From: Reclinomonas americana ATCC 50394
Taxonomy: Eukaryota
Assembly: GCA_048213135.1 (NCBI GenBank)
Contig: PS015070.1
Coordinates: 94,118 to 130,639 of the forward strand
DNA length: 36,522 bases
Direction: 5' to 3'
Numbering within the stretch: position 1 is the stretch's first letter; the number at the start of each line of letters is the position of its first letter. Shown here piece after piece: positions 1-13,500 of this stretch. The position numbers and the translations under genes are program-made. The notes beneath the pieces were generated by a model. That model made no database searches and was not told the DNA's origin. It was given only the letters and a program-made list of their open reading frames with translations.

Positions 1-977
1 GAAGACAAAGGAAATGGAGAAGAAGAAAAAGAAGAAGAAGAACAAGCAGAAGAAGGACCAAGAAGTAGAAAAAGGAGGTTGTGGTGGACGCACCAAAACT
101 TGAACCGATAGGCCTGCACATCCGTGGCCACCGAATCGTCCTTGGCGGCCGTGCTCATCAACGTGGTAGCGCGACTGCCTCGCACACGATTGACGGTGAG
201 CGACGAGTTGGGATTGTGATGCACCGAGCCACGATGCGTGGCACGCGATCGCATCGGTGCCGCCGAGGACGAAGTCGTGTCGCGATGCGCTCCCACTGCA
301 TTCATCATGGTCGACGCAGCCGTGGCCACAGTGGAGTTATCCGAGGTCACCTCGTTCACTTGGTAGCCCTCCAGAGGCACTGTGCCCTGTGATACCTCCT
401 TGCTCTGCAGCAAGAGTGAGTGAGTTGCAGAGGAGTTATCTCTCTTTTCTCTTTGCTCTCAACTTGTGATTTGAAGTAGGTTAGTCGCCCGTGCACGAGC
501 ACGAAGTAGCGGCGTTTCCAGGCGCGTCGCACACGGCCCTTCTTGGTCAACCACCCTTCCAGATGCTGAGAGGCACACATTGGATGAGTTGATCAAATGT
601 GTGAGGGAGGGATGAGAGAGAGAGCGTGCGCACGTGTGTGTGTGTGTGTGCGTGCATGCGTGCGTGCGTGCGTGTGCGTGTGAGTGTTTGTTACGCACTG
701 GCGCGCCCATTTTCTCATACAATCGTCTCCGCAGCTTCTCTGCGGCCACATCGTCGACTTTCCCGCGTGATGTTCCATCACTGCGCTCACTTGCTGGCTC
801 GCCCGACACAAACGAGCTCTGCGTGTGTGTGCACGCACCAGAGAAAGAGTCAGACACCAATCTTTGAGTGTGAGAGTGAGAGCAAGTGCGAGTGCGTACC
901 ATACTGTGCATGCTGTCGGCGGCATAGGCGGAACCCGACACCGAGTACAGCGTGCCGGATCGTTCACGGTCAGTCAT
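1..977 (-). CDS. PH-domain protein, 5' part (spliced; continues beyond window start)
   Basis: Spliced translation MTDRERSG...MHSM|SSFVSG...MGAP|HLEGWLTKKGRVRRAWKRRYFVLVHGRLTYFKSQ|SKEVSQGTVPLEGYQV...YRFKF. The GWLxKKG..WKRRYFVL..LxYFK motif is the PH-domain N-terminal signature. GT-AG introns were traced; the last donor is at 93. The ATG at 977 is tentative. Confidence 0.8.
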
Positions 978-1075
978 GGCTTTGTCGAAGAGACGCACGT
1001 GGATCACAAACAAGGACACTGTGAAGGACACTGCATACACAAGATTAGTTTTGCATTAATGTAGTCGCTCTCTGC

Positions 1076-4000
1076 TCAGTCCTCCTTCCTCTCGAGCTCC
1101 GGGTCCGTGTCGACAAGTTCCACGACTCGCGATCGCCGTCTCCTCGCGGCTGGAATTGATGCGGGCGACGTTGGCGATGCCAGTGCTGGTGGCGGCAGTG
1201 GAGGAGGAGGAGCCGGTCCGGGTCCAGCCAGTGGGAGTACATGTTCGGGCATCGCTGCTCGAATGGATGGCAGTTGTGGGCGGAAGCGACGATCTGCTCC
1301 GGTGGGAGCTGTCATGCGTTCCGACGTGACGCGTCGCGCGACGTTGGCGTCGGGCGACATTGGCGTCGTGTTGGCGACGGCAGCTGCTGCAGCAGCGGCG
1401 GTGGTGCCATCAGCAAACGGCGATGCGGCATTGCCAGCAACGCCTGGTGAAGGGGTCTCGAGGCCGCCGTTGACCGTGTTGCGCCGTCGGTGACGAAGAA
1501 TGCCATCGCCGCCACCACCAGTACCTGAGGATGAAGAGGACTCTGGGGGTGGCGACAAGCACTGCAATTCCTCTTCGCCCACTGGCGGAGTGGCCGACTG
1601 TGGAGGCGTGGCCACTTGCAGCATGCGCATGCGAGTCACTGCCGCCAAGAATGTCGACGTCTCGTTTTGTGTACTTGCTGTCGGGCCGAGGCCGAAGCGC
1701 AGCTGGAGACGAGTTGAGGCCTGTTGCATCAACTTGCGTCGCTGTTCACGACGCATCCAACCGCGCACTGCCTCCTGCAGCCTCAACGCCGCCAACAGTT
1801 CCGCCACTTGCACCTTTTGCGGACGACGGCGCTTCCTTCGTCGTCGATCACCGCCGTCCAAATGTCCATCATCGTCGTCGTGGCCGCCGTTCTTGTCATC
1901 ATCGTCGTCGTCATTGTAATCATTGTCGTCACTGGGCGGATCGTCGAAATCGTCCTCTTCCTCGTTGTTGCCACCTGCTTGATCACCGTTCGCCTTCTTC
2001 TCGTGCTTTCGTTTCTGCCGCCGCGAGCGGTCGTCGAAAGCCGTGGGGAAGCGCGATGACCACTGTTCCATGATGCTGTGCTTGATTCCCGGCGGCAGTG
2101 CTCTGCGGTGGGAAAGAGTGGGTAAGCAACACGATCGTGTACACAAAAAGACATTCGCTTATACGCAACTTGGCTTCCACTTCGCACGCGCGTGCGGTGA
2201 GGGCCGGCAAAACGTCGCGGTAGTGCGCTGTGCCACTCCAGTCGTAGATCTCGACCTCGGCCAAGTATCTCAAGGCACGGGCGCGCGTGGCATCCCTTCC
2301 CACACCCAGTGGTGGATCGACTTGCTGCAGAATGGTCGGAAGTGCAGTCTGCAATACGTGACTCACGTTTAGCAAATTACGCGACATTGTCGAGAGACAA
2401 CATTGGCGAGGACAAACCACTGGCACATAACCCGTGCTCTCCGGGTCGTGATGTGCCCACGCATCCAGGAATCTGCGACAGCCGTGGAGTGAGATTGTGC
2501 ACCTAACAGTAGTTGCTGGCAGGAGCCATCATGCGCAACTGCTGAATGTTGTCGTCGGAGACGGCCTCCTCTTCGTCCTTGAGCGATAGCGTCGAAAGGT
2601 TTTCCAGCATGACCTGCGGTGTGGTGGCAACAGTGAGCGAAAGCCAGAGAGAAAAGGCATTCTTGTTTCCAGTGCAGAAACGCACCGCGATGAACAAGTT
2701 GAGCATCACAAACGTGACGAGGAACACAAACATCGAAAAGTAGACGGAAGTCAGAACTGTCACGCAGTTGGTGCTGTCGGCCGGGCAGGCTGTGCGGCGA
2801 AGAGTCACACGGTGAGAAGCAGAAATCATCCCACACGCCTCCACGCAGCCGATGGTACGCACGAAAGTATGGATGGCTGAGCTCCTCCATGACGTAAGGC
2901 CAGCTTTCGCCAGTCGAGGCGCGCAGGAGCAGACGGAGTGCGTTGGGAAAGTTCTGGAAGTTGGCGTGCCGATTGTAGAGAATGCCGAGCGGCACATCCG
3001 CAAACAGGTTGACTCCCACGACGGCAAACACGAAGAAGAGGAGTGCCAGAATCGAGCCAATGTTGGCAAGCGACGGCAGCGACAGGTACATGGTGTGGAT
3101 CTGCCGCTGCACACCCCGCAAATTGCGGAACAGTCGCATCACCCGGAACACACGGAAGATGCGGAACACTGTCGAGCCGACCCCGACACTCACATACAGG
3201 CCTGGTACAAGGCGTCAGAAAGAGCACCACATGCTTTGCAGTCGGCCACACGCACTCACCAATGACCGACACGATGCACACCAAAAAGTCAAACACATTC
3301 CATCCGCTCTTGAAGTACCGTCGCAGTCCGTTGCCGTACACCTTGATGCAGGCCTCGGCGACAAACACCCACGTGACCACCTGTGTATGGTCGACAAGGC
3401 GGCGATGAGAGGAATGTAAGAGCGGGGTACTTGTGAGTTCAGCCACGCACTTGTTCCAGCAAGTCAAACACATCGGTCATGGCCTTGGGCATGTCGCGGT
3501 ACACCAACACCATGCTCAGCACGTTGACGACAATCACAGCCATGAGGGCGTAATCAAAGGGTCGCGAGGCGGCGATGTCGTAGGCCAGCATGCGTGATTT
3601 GCCGAAGAATGTTGGTGCGTACGTCGGTGGAGCGGGCACCGGGCTCTCCGATAGGAGACGGCGTTGAGCAGCTGCAGCAAACACAGAAGAGAGTTTAACA
3701 CCCTGCAAGTCATGACACACTCTATTCTGTCCTGCTGCTGAGCTCACGCACCGACCCAGCGCTGCTGCTCCGGAGTGAGGAATACAGCGGCACCCTCCGA
3801 CTGCTGCTTGCGCTTGTAGTAGTTGTCGATGAGGACGCCGATAAACCTGTATGCACAACAACACAACGCGAGTTGAGTACGAATTCCACAGCCATGAATG
3901 AGCGCAACTTGCTGCTGCTGCACACGCACATGTTGAGGGTCAGGTACACGCCAATGACGATAAAGCCGACAAAGTAGAGCGCCTGCCATGGATTGCTGCC

Positions 4001-7000
4001 GCGAACAGGTTGCATGTCCACCTGTTCGAGAAAGAAACTTCAGAAACAAAAGAAACAAGTATGGCAGGAATCGGCAACGGCGACGCACCCCCACAGAATC
4101 GCGCCCCTTATTCATAATGTCCACCCATCCCTCGGTGGTGGAAATCTCAAAGAGCACTCGCATGGCGTTGACAAAATTGTCAAAGTTGGTCGCCGGCACG
4201 GTCCAGTCGCGGTCGCTGAGGTTGCCCGAGTCGTCAAAGTACTGACCGACGCAGTCGGCCTTTCTGTCAACACCTGTTGATAAAATCGTTGTGAGCAATG
4301 GCAGCGCGTGTGACAATGAACTGAGAGCGCGCAACTGGAGTCGTTGCAGGAGCCGAATGTACCGGCGTACAGTTGCACGCCGAGAATGCCGTACACCACC
4401 CACAGGAGCGACACCACCAACACGACGTTGACCATTGGAGGAATGGCACGGAATAGTGCGTCGACCACAATCTGTGCAGGTGCACCGTCGGATGAGCCAG
4501 TCGTCGGTTCGCGCAGAAAAAAAACTTGTGTGTGTGCGGTAGCTCATACCTTGAGACTGCGGATCCGATTGACAAAGCGGAGTGGCCGAATGGCACGAAT
4601 GATGCGAATCATACCGATCCACGAGATTGTGTGATTGTACAGTACCACACCAACAACAGAGGCCTGGTGGACGCCATGTTAGCCAACGGGAGGAGAATGC
4701 TCAAGATACATGCGCGTCACGAACCACCACGATGACAAAGTCGAAAATGTTCCACAAGGAGCGCATGTAGGCATTCTTGTGAAAGATGACTCCGTACGCC
4801 ACCCACTTGCACAGCATTTCCGCCACGAACCCCGCCGTGATGATGGTATTCATCGAGTACACCACCAGCCACATGGTCGTGTTCACCGGCTCGTTCGGAT
4901 GCTCAATGGCCAGTACCGCGCACGACCATCCGATCAACAACAAGACACTCCACTCAAACGCGCGATGCTCTACAATCACTGATCTCGGAAATGGATGATT
5001 TAGTCTGGCTGTCGGTACATGGAGGGGAAGGCGAGGAGCACACATGTAACTCACCGCGCATACGTTGAACCAGTCGCGACGAGTCGGGCAGAATGCACAT
5101 GGGCCACGACCGCGAAGGCAGTCTGCGCCACCAACTCTGTGCTACCTTCTGCTCGCCGCCATCCGCGGTTGCAGGTTGAGGTGCTTGCGTTTTTGTTTCG
5201 TCGCCGTTCTGCTGAGGTTCACCACCGACGGGTGCGTTTGTCCGTGTTGGTGACTGCAAGTCGTCGACACTATGGGAGTAGTCGATTATTGGGTCAGCCG
5301 CAAGCAGATGAGCTACCTACACTGGAAATTCTTCTTCCAAGTCACTCACCTGACTAGCACAGAGACGCCGCGCACGTGGTGCGGCCTGGTCTTCTTTCCC
5401 GTTGCCTCAATGTCTGATGGGCGGTGAGTCAGGTTTTGCAGAATAATTTAGAGAGCCAACAGAACACACCAACGTCTACGGCCAGCGCTAAATCATCAGC
5501 ATCGTCAGCTTCCGTCTCCTTTTCTGGCTTATCATCGTCGTCGCCAAAGGAAAAGTGTTGCAGCAGAATGGCGATGAAGAGGTTCAACAGAATATCTGAG
5601 GCTCAAGAGAGTGAGCGAAACACAAGAGCGGTGTGTAGCGTGGAGTGGCACGCAACAATTGCCGATGACAAGCACGAAAACAAAGTAGACGGCAGCCCAG
5701 TCACCGGTTCCGGCCATGCAATCCCACAGCACATTGACCCAGTTCTCCAAGGTAAGAACCTATTAATGTGTGTGAGCCTCACCGTGTCGAGTGAAGAAAC
5801 AATGAATGATAAGCCCAAGCACCTGGAAGATCGTGAGCATGGCCTGCAAAGCAGAAAAAGTCAGTGAAAATGAAAGAAGGGCAGGAGGATTGATCTCGAG
5901 TGTCTCGCGCACCTGGAAAAATGTGTCAAAGTTGGAGCGTGGAATCGGGTCATCATCGTCGGGGAAGTACAGTTTGCCACCAAAGAGTTGCATGCCGAGC
6001 AGAGCCGACACAAAAATGAAGAGCACCAGCAGAAGCATCAATGTGGAGACGCCTTGAATGCTCTCGCGCAGCATGCGGAGCACGCGTCGCAGAGAGTCCC
6101 ACGATCTGCATGGCACGCCGAGGTGAGTGGAGGGCGGAATGGAAGAGAAAGGCCATGTGCAACGCAACCTGGCCAGCTTGAACACGCGAAGCAAGCGCAG
6201 CGAACGCAGTGCCGTGAGGCCCGTTGAACCGGGTGTGTAGGCGTCGACAAAGCCGAGCGTCACAATGATGAAGTCGAAAATGTTGAAGACCACCGTGAAA
6301 TACTTGCATGGAGTCTGTGCGTACAGCAGCAGCACCATCTCCGAGGCGAAAAAATACAACAGCACCAGGTTGATCAGATCTGCAGGGCAGGGCCAGGGAA
6401 GGTCAATACTCACATGAATACACCAAAATAAAAAACCACTCTCAGGCCACTCGGACGACGCACCGCAAACATCGCTCATTGTCTTGGACATGCCGTAGTA
6501 CTGAATTCCGAGAATGATGGTGTTGAAGACAATGACAGCGGCCATAATGCCCTGCCACACACTCGTCTGGGAGATACGCATCAACCAGAGCCGCGAGCGC
6601 AGCAGCAATGTGCGGAAGACGCCGGTCGCTGTGGCGGCCGAGGGGGCCGCTTTGATATTGTTCTCCAGCTCCTGCATGAAAATGACCTCCTTGGCCACCT
6701 CGGGCTCCGGCGCCATGGAGCCGCGTCGACCACGGGCATGCTCGGCGGCCTGCGGAGAGCCTGTGGAGTGGTCCCACCCGTCGTCGTCCTCGTTTGGGTC
6801 GATGAATGATCCACGACGCCCGTTGACTTTGCCCAAGGACTGAGCCAGCATGCTGCCGAATGCTCGCTGTCCACCAAAGACGCCGCCGCCGCCGCCGCCC
6901 ACAAACGACCGAGCTGGAGCCGGACGCACCAGTAGGCCACTGACAGAGGCCGACATTGTGGGCGGATCTCCGAGCTTGTACGGCTGTGCTCCTTCCACAG

Positions 7001-10000
7001 TCTCCACTCCTGTTCCCACACCTGCTGCTGCTGGCGCTGCTGCTGCTGCTGAATCACCCACCGTCGACAAACGCCGCAGCACCGAAACGCTTGGTCGATT
7101 CTCGTCGCCATCCTCGCTGCCGTCGTCGTCAGCATTCTCGGCATCCGAGTTCTCGCCAGAATATGGCGACGACGACGCCGACGACGACTCTGTCGAGGAA
7201 CCACTGCTCTCCTCCAGCGAGCCGTCGCATACCACAAGACTCGGTCGGTGCTCGGTGAACTTCCACTTCGCCATGGCCTTGTGCACCTCAATGCCCGACT
7301 CGGCATTGATGACCATGGATGAGCCAGCCACCGTGTTAATGTCGGCGCCCATCTTGGAGAGCTCCAGCGTGGCGGCGCTATCCGTCTTGGCACGCTCCTT
7401 GGAGACCTTCATGAAGGTCTCGGTGATGATGACGATGATGAGGTTGGCCAGGAACCAGGCGCCGAAGAACACCATTGGAATAAAGTACCAGACGGCTTGG
7501 GCGTTGTAGGCGTCCATGGTTGCCGATAGAATGTCGGTCCAGCTCTCCATTGTTACACCCTGCACATGAGCAGAAGGGTTATATAATCAGCAGGGGCCTA
7601 GTGCATATTTGATGTGTGTACATGCTCACCGACATGACACACAGCGCTGCCGAGGCGATATTGTCGAAGCTGGTCTTGCCGCGATTCGGATTGTTGCCGC
7701 CGACCATGCACACTAGACCGTCGGGGCACTGTAGGCCGCCGTTGAAGGAGCAACCGTCCGTGGCGACCGTGCTCTGCGTCATCGTGCCGTCGTCGGCCAC
7801 CTCGAAGCACCGCTGCGAGAGTGTGCCCTTGTAGAGCTGCACGCCGACCACCGAGAACACGAGAAAGTAGACGAAGAAGAGCAGCAGGGTGTCGGCCAGC
7901 GCCGGCAGGGTGCGGAGAATGGTGGTGACGAGCATTTGCATTTCGCGGAGATTGGAGATGGCGCGCAGCGGACGCAGGAGACGCAGCGCACGCACGCCGC
8001 TCACGTTGGAGCCGACGAAGATGTTGAGGTAGCTGTGGAGCAGGGAAAGGGGGGAGAATGAGAGAAGGGAAGGGAGAGAGGGAAGAGAGGGAAGGAGAAG
8101 AAGGGAGGGAAGGGAGGAGGAGGAGGAGGAGGAGGAGGAGGAGGAGGAGGAGGAGGAGGAGGAGGAGGAGGAGGAGNNNNNNNNNNNNNNNNNNNNAAGG
8201 GAGGGAAGGGAGGGAAGAGAGTGAAGAGAGTGAAGAGAGTGAAGAGAGTGAAGAGAGAGAAGAGAGTAAAGAGAGGGGAGGGAGGGAACGGAAAGCCGTA
8301 AAGGGGCTGGAAGAAAAAGGAGCGAATCGAAAGATGAGAGAAAATCTCGATGCGACAAACAGCGAAGAAGGGAAGAACGAAGCAAAAACGAGAGAAGCAC
8401 ATGGAGAAGTAGGGCCACGAGGTCAAGAAGCAGAAGGGGATGGGGGGCGGAGAGAGAAGCAGACATGATGTAGATGGGCACGACATGGGACCTAGAGGAA
8501 GGGGAGCTTGGAACGAAACGAAAATGAGAGAGACATCATGCGACAATGACAACAAGGGCACAGGAAGACAGAAAAGAGACGGAAGATCTGCAAGAGAACA
8601 ATGAATGCAAGAGATGCAAAGAGTGTGGGCAGCGATAGAGTGCACGAGACGAGAAAGAAAGGGACTTGGAAGCTGACACTGTTATCAGAGGACTGAGGTG
8701 CTGACAACGCGCTTCCTCTCTCTCTTTCCTGGTATGTTTGCGTGTGTGCGCATGTGTGTCTGTCTGACTGCTTGTGCGACTATCATTCTACCTCTGATTC
8801 TCTCGTTATCTCTGCTTCTCTCTCTTTCCTCATTGTACTCTTCTTCACGCAGCGCACCTTCCTGCCACGACGATAAAGTCGAGCCAGTTCCATCCCGATT
8901 TGAAGTATCCCACAAACCCCAATCCAATCCACTTGCACATCATTTCCACAGTGAAGATGGCAGTGAAGCCGTAGTCGACAAAGTTGAGGTAGTAATTGCG
9001 TCCCTCCTCCGGCCCGGTCAGCGGGTCAAACATAGCCAATGCGATACTGTTCAGTAATACCACGACCAGGATGGTGGTCTCAAAGGCTCTGCAGATGAGG
9101 AAGAGAGAGAAAGAGAGAAGAGTGAGTGAGAGAGAACGGATCATGGAGCAAACAAATCGAGACACCACACAGCAATCACCTGTGATTGATCATGTCGTAC
9201 ATGAAGCGATGCAGGATCTGCCAGCAACTCAACCGCACAGAGGGGATGCCATTGTAGGGACGAGCCACCCGGCACTCCTTCTCGATACGCTTGAGCCGCT
9301 CCAGCTCCGCCAGCGACGTGTTGACCGGTACGAGGGACTGCACAAAATTGACGGCGGCACGACGAATGAAAGAGCCGCGTCGCCTTGGCACCTTGTGCAG
9401 GACTGCACCGCTAGTCGACACATCGCCTCCTTCCACGTCGGCAGCCGCCACCACGCTCGCCCTCCGCCCGCCACCATTGCCCAACAAATCCGGAACACCG
9501 TCACCGCCCGCAAACGACACCAGCGTGCTCCGTCGCCGACCCGGCAGGTTCGGCAACGCAAATCGCAAGTGCTGCTGCAAGTGCTGATGAGCCTCGCCCT
9601 CTAATGGTGGTGGCAGCAGTGGAGGTGGTGGTGGTGGCGAGGGAGAGGGGGCCAGCAGTGCTCTGGTTATTGGTGACGCTGTGAGACCGCTGTCGTGGCC
9701 GTCGCCCACCACAATGCTGGGATTGTCATTGATGGTTCTCTGTTGGGGAGTGGACGGGATGCGGCGAAAGTGTGGTCGCGCGGGTGACTCGGTAGACGGC
9801 GGTCGAGGCACCGGCTGTGTGGAAAGGTGAGAGGTGAGAGTCGGAAAGAGGGTGATTGATTGAATGCAACGTGCACTGGAGGGGAGAAGACGACAAGTCG
9901 CGCACATATGAAGAACAAGCAACAATGCGCAGGGAGCAAGAGTTGCACGTACATACAGATACTGAGAGAAGGAGACGGGAAGAGAGAGAGGGAGAGCGAC

Positions 10001-10060
10001 CATGTGCGTTTGCGTAAACACCCTCTTGGGACTCACCGCACATTCCCCAGTGTCGCTCAT
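1076..10060 (-). CDS. Four-domain voltage-gated cation channel alpha subunit (Cav/Nav superfamily, EEEE filter), about 26 introns
   Basis: Four S1-S6 repeats with Arg-rich S4 segments (VRALRLLRPLRAI; LRSLRLLRVFKLAR; IRIIRAIRPLRFVNR; FRIFRVFRVMRLFR). Pore loops are TMESW, TLENW, TTEGW and TGESW. The C-terminus has an EF-hand-like region (FLDAWAHHDPESTGYV...VDPPLGVG) and an IQ-like motif (LRLQEAVRGWMRR). Stop TGA at 1076-1078. The start codon and first small exons are uncertain. Confidence 0.93.
8114..8270. repeat. (GAG)n and GAAGAGAGT microsatellites inside a channel intron, with a small gap
   Basis: Trinucleotide run at 8114-8176 and 9-mer tandem copies at about 8214-8260, both directly visible. 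Confidence 0.9.
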
Positions 10061-10567
10061 GTGGAGGAGTCGTCCACCAGTGGCTTCTCAACCAGCACAC
10101 TGCAGATACTCACTCTCTCACTGACACACACACGCAAGTGCGCACGCCCAGACGCACACGATCAAGGTGGTCGATGTATATCGCTCCCTCGCTCGCACAA
10201 CACACGAAATGGTGAATGACCGTTGCAAAATCGCTCGTTTTCAGACATTATTTTTCGAGGTGGAAAAGGTGCGTGCGCGGCACGTGGAGGCGTGCACGTT
10301 GGAAAGCGGAGATGATGGTGTCTGTCTACTTGTGAAGGACAGCCTTCCCAGGGGAAATGGGTGCCCAAAAATGGCGATCCCTTGACTTTATGTGTGGTCA
10401 GGAACGACCGTATTTCACCGCGATTCATGTTCGCTCTCCCGCGAAAAAGTCGCACGTTGGATACGCAACGCTGTTCAGGGTGCTTTTCCTAACAACAAAG
10501 TTGCCGGCATGGTGCAGCAGGGAGGGAGGGAGCGAGAAGCATTGGTTCGGTTTTACCAAAACTGGGG

Positions 10568-13500
10568 TCATGACACGCCTTGACGCACGTACGACGACGG
10601 CGGCGGTACGACCAGCGAGTGCGATGGCAACTCGGATGATGTAGGACTCAACAACGTCAACGTTGACTTGCTGTTGCCGCCGACCTCGACGGGCGACGGG
10701 TCCCAGCGGCCCTGCAACCGACGACCGCTGCCCTGATTCGACGCAGTGTGCTGACGCTGGAAGGGGGAAGGGCGGAGTGAGAAAAACTTTGTGGGTGTGG
10801 TGCGAAGCGATAACGGAAGACATGCACATACCAAAGCCGAGGGAATGACGCGCGGCGACAAGTCGGTCGACGAGTTGGTCTCTTGCGAGCGACGCAGGGA
10901 GCCGAGCGGAGGCGTGACATTGATGGAGCTCAAGTCGAGTCGCGCTCGGCCAGTGGACGACGACATGGGCGGTGTGGCAGTGGTCTCGTCGAATGCCGCC
11001 CGCACAAAACGCCGGCGATGCGATGACGACGGTGTGCTCGCATTGCCAGACGACTGCTGTGGTGGTGGTGGTGGTGGTGGTGGCGGCGGTGCCGGGGCGG
11101 GTGACATTGGTGTGGCAGCGGCAAATACTTGTGCNNNNNNNNNNNNNNNNNNNNNNNNNNNNNNNNNNNNNNNNNNNNNNNNNNNNNNNNNNNNNNNNNN
11201 NNNNNNNNNNNNNNNNNNNNNNNNNNNNNNNNNNNNCCGAGTGTGCCGCCGTCGCAGGCGGTGCAGCTGGCCGAGGAGGCGCAGAGGCGGGCGCGGCATC
11301 GCGAGCGCTCAAACGGACGGCCCGTGACGCCACCGCGACTAAAGCCGGGCATGGTGCTCCTGGTGGAGACCAACTCGCCGCTGACGTCGCCCACCTCGTT
11401 GCGACTGCGGTACGAGTTTTTGAATCCGCCCACCTCACGCACACAAGCGACGCGCTCGTCGGCTGGAGGCTCCGCGAGGGCGCAGAACGGACTGCACACG
11501 CTGCCGTTCCCGCTCAAGTCTTTCATGTCGTCGGTGGTGACGGCAACTTCGCCGTCCCCTATGCCGCCGCAGTCACCCGCACCACCTCCACCGCCGCCCC
11601 CACCGCAGCAGCCGTCGTCGGCTGGACGAAGGCCTCCGCCACGGCGTNNNNNNNNNNNNNNNNNNNNNNNNNNNNNNNNNNNNNNNNNNNNNNNNNNNNN
11701 NNNNNNNNNNNNNNNNNNNNNNNNNNNNNNNNNNNNNNNNNNNNNNNNNNNNNNNNNNNNNNNNNNNNNNNNNNNNNNNNNNNNNNNNNNNNNNNNNNNN
11801 NNNNNNNNNNNNNNNNNNNNNNNNNNNNNNNNNNNNNNNNNNNNNNNNNNNNNNNNNNNNNNNNNNNNNNNNNNGGGAGCGCGACTGGAGGAGCTGTCGA
11901 CGCCGAAGAATCCGCGCGCTATTCATCCGTCGTTGCAGCGACTGCAAGAGCAGTTGTATCGTCGTAGTGGTGCGTTTTCGTTGTTTGTTTTTTTGCGTGT
12001 GCAGGCTGGAGAGGGGAAGAGGCTGCTGTCGACTTGTTCGTCTTCTCCTCTCTCTCTTGTGCCCTTTCTTCTCTGTCTCGTCTTGGTTTCTCTCAACTTG
12101 TATGCAAGAGAGAGCATCTCTCTCTTGCGCGTTCTCCTCTCTTGGTCTTCTCCTCCTCTCTCTCTCTCTCTTGCCCTTCCTCCTCTCTTGCCCTTCCTCC
12201 TCTCTTACCCATTCTCCTCTTGGTCTTTCTCCTTCTCTCTCTTGCCCTTTCTCCTCTGTCTCGTCTTTGGTTTCTCTCCACTTGCACGCAAGAGAGAGCA
12301 TCTCTCACTTGCGCGTTTTCCCGTTTCTCTTGCCCTTTCTCCTCTCTTGGCCTTTCTCCTCTTCTCTTGCCCTTTCTCCTCTGTCTCGTCTTGATTTTCT
12401 CACTCTCTTGCCCTTTCTCCCCTTTCTCCTCCACTCTTGCCCTTTCCTCCGCTTTTGTTTTTCCCCTCCACGCTTGCCTTTATTCCTCGTATCCGGCCTT
12501 CACTCCTTGTCTCGTGCTTTCTCCTCCTCTCTTGCCTTTCTCCTCTTTCTCGTGCCCTTTTCCCTCCTTGCCCTTTCTCCCCCCCTCTCTTTCCCTTACT
12601 TCCGTGCTGACTCTGTGAATGATCGCGCAGAATCGCCTGCTGTGCGCGCCAAGGCCCTGCCGCGGTTGACGATTGACACGGCGGCGGCGGAGAAGGAACC
12701 GACAAGCGCGTTTGTGTTGGTGGCGAGTCCAAAGGGTGGAGCCGTGTCGCCGTCGCCGGCGTTCATGAAGCGCTCGCCGAACAACCTCATGAGCCCCGTC
12801 GGCACGCCGGGCTCGCTGCGGCAGGTCGTGATGGATGCGTTGAATGAAACGGCGAGGAAGGAACAGCAGCAGCAGCAACAGCAGCAACAGCAACAGCAAC
12901 AACATCAACAAGCGTTGTACTCTTCAAGGTCAGCACCGGCGGCCTCCAACCCTGCTGTAGGCACAACGACGACGACGACGACGACGACCGCCAATGGTGC
13001 CACGTCGGCGCGCACCACCACGCGCTCGATGCCACTGACTCTCGACAACTTGGCCACTCATCGTCGCGTCGGCCAGCCGGCTGAGCCGTCGACTCCGCGC
13101 ACCGAGTACCGCCTGCAGGTGGCGACGAACAATGCGCGCATCAAGCGCTGGTTGCAGGAGGTGGATGACGCGGCGCCGTGGGCCAGTGAGCTGGTGGAGC
13201 GCACTGTGGTGGAGACCGAGTACGAGCGGGAANNNNNNNNNNNNNNNNNNNNNNNNNNNNNNNNNNNNNNNNNNNNNNNNNNNNNNNNNNNNNNNNNNNN
13301 NNNNNNNNNNNNNNNNNNNNNNNNNNNNNNNNNNNNNNNNNNNNNNNNNNNNNNNNNNNNNNNNNNNNNNNNNNNNNNNNNNNNNNNNNNNNNNNNNNNN
13401 NNNNNNNNNNNNNNNNNNNNNNNNNNNNNNNNNNNNNNNNNNNNNNNNNNNNNNNNNNNNNNNNNNNNNNNNNNNNNNNNNNNNNNNNNNNNNNNNNNNN

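Noticed and set aside
11967-12620. Long Leu/Ser/Phe-rich or Arg/Glu-rich ORFs in the ORF track (also 8001-8645, 14286-15284, 32043-33152)
   Set aside because: Translations of CT/GA microsatellite DNA and N gaps, not proteins.
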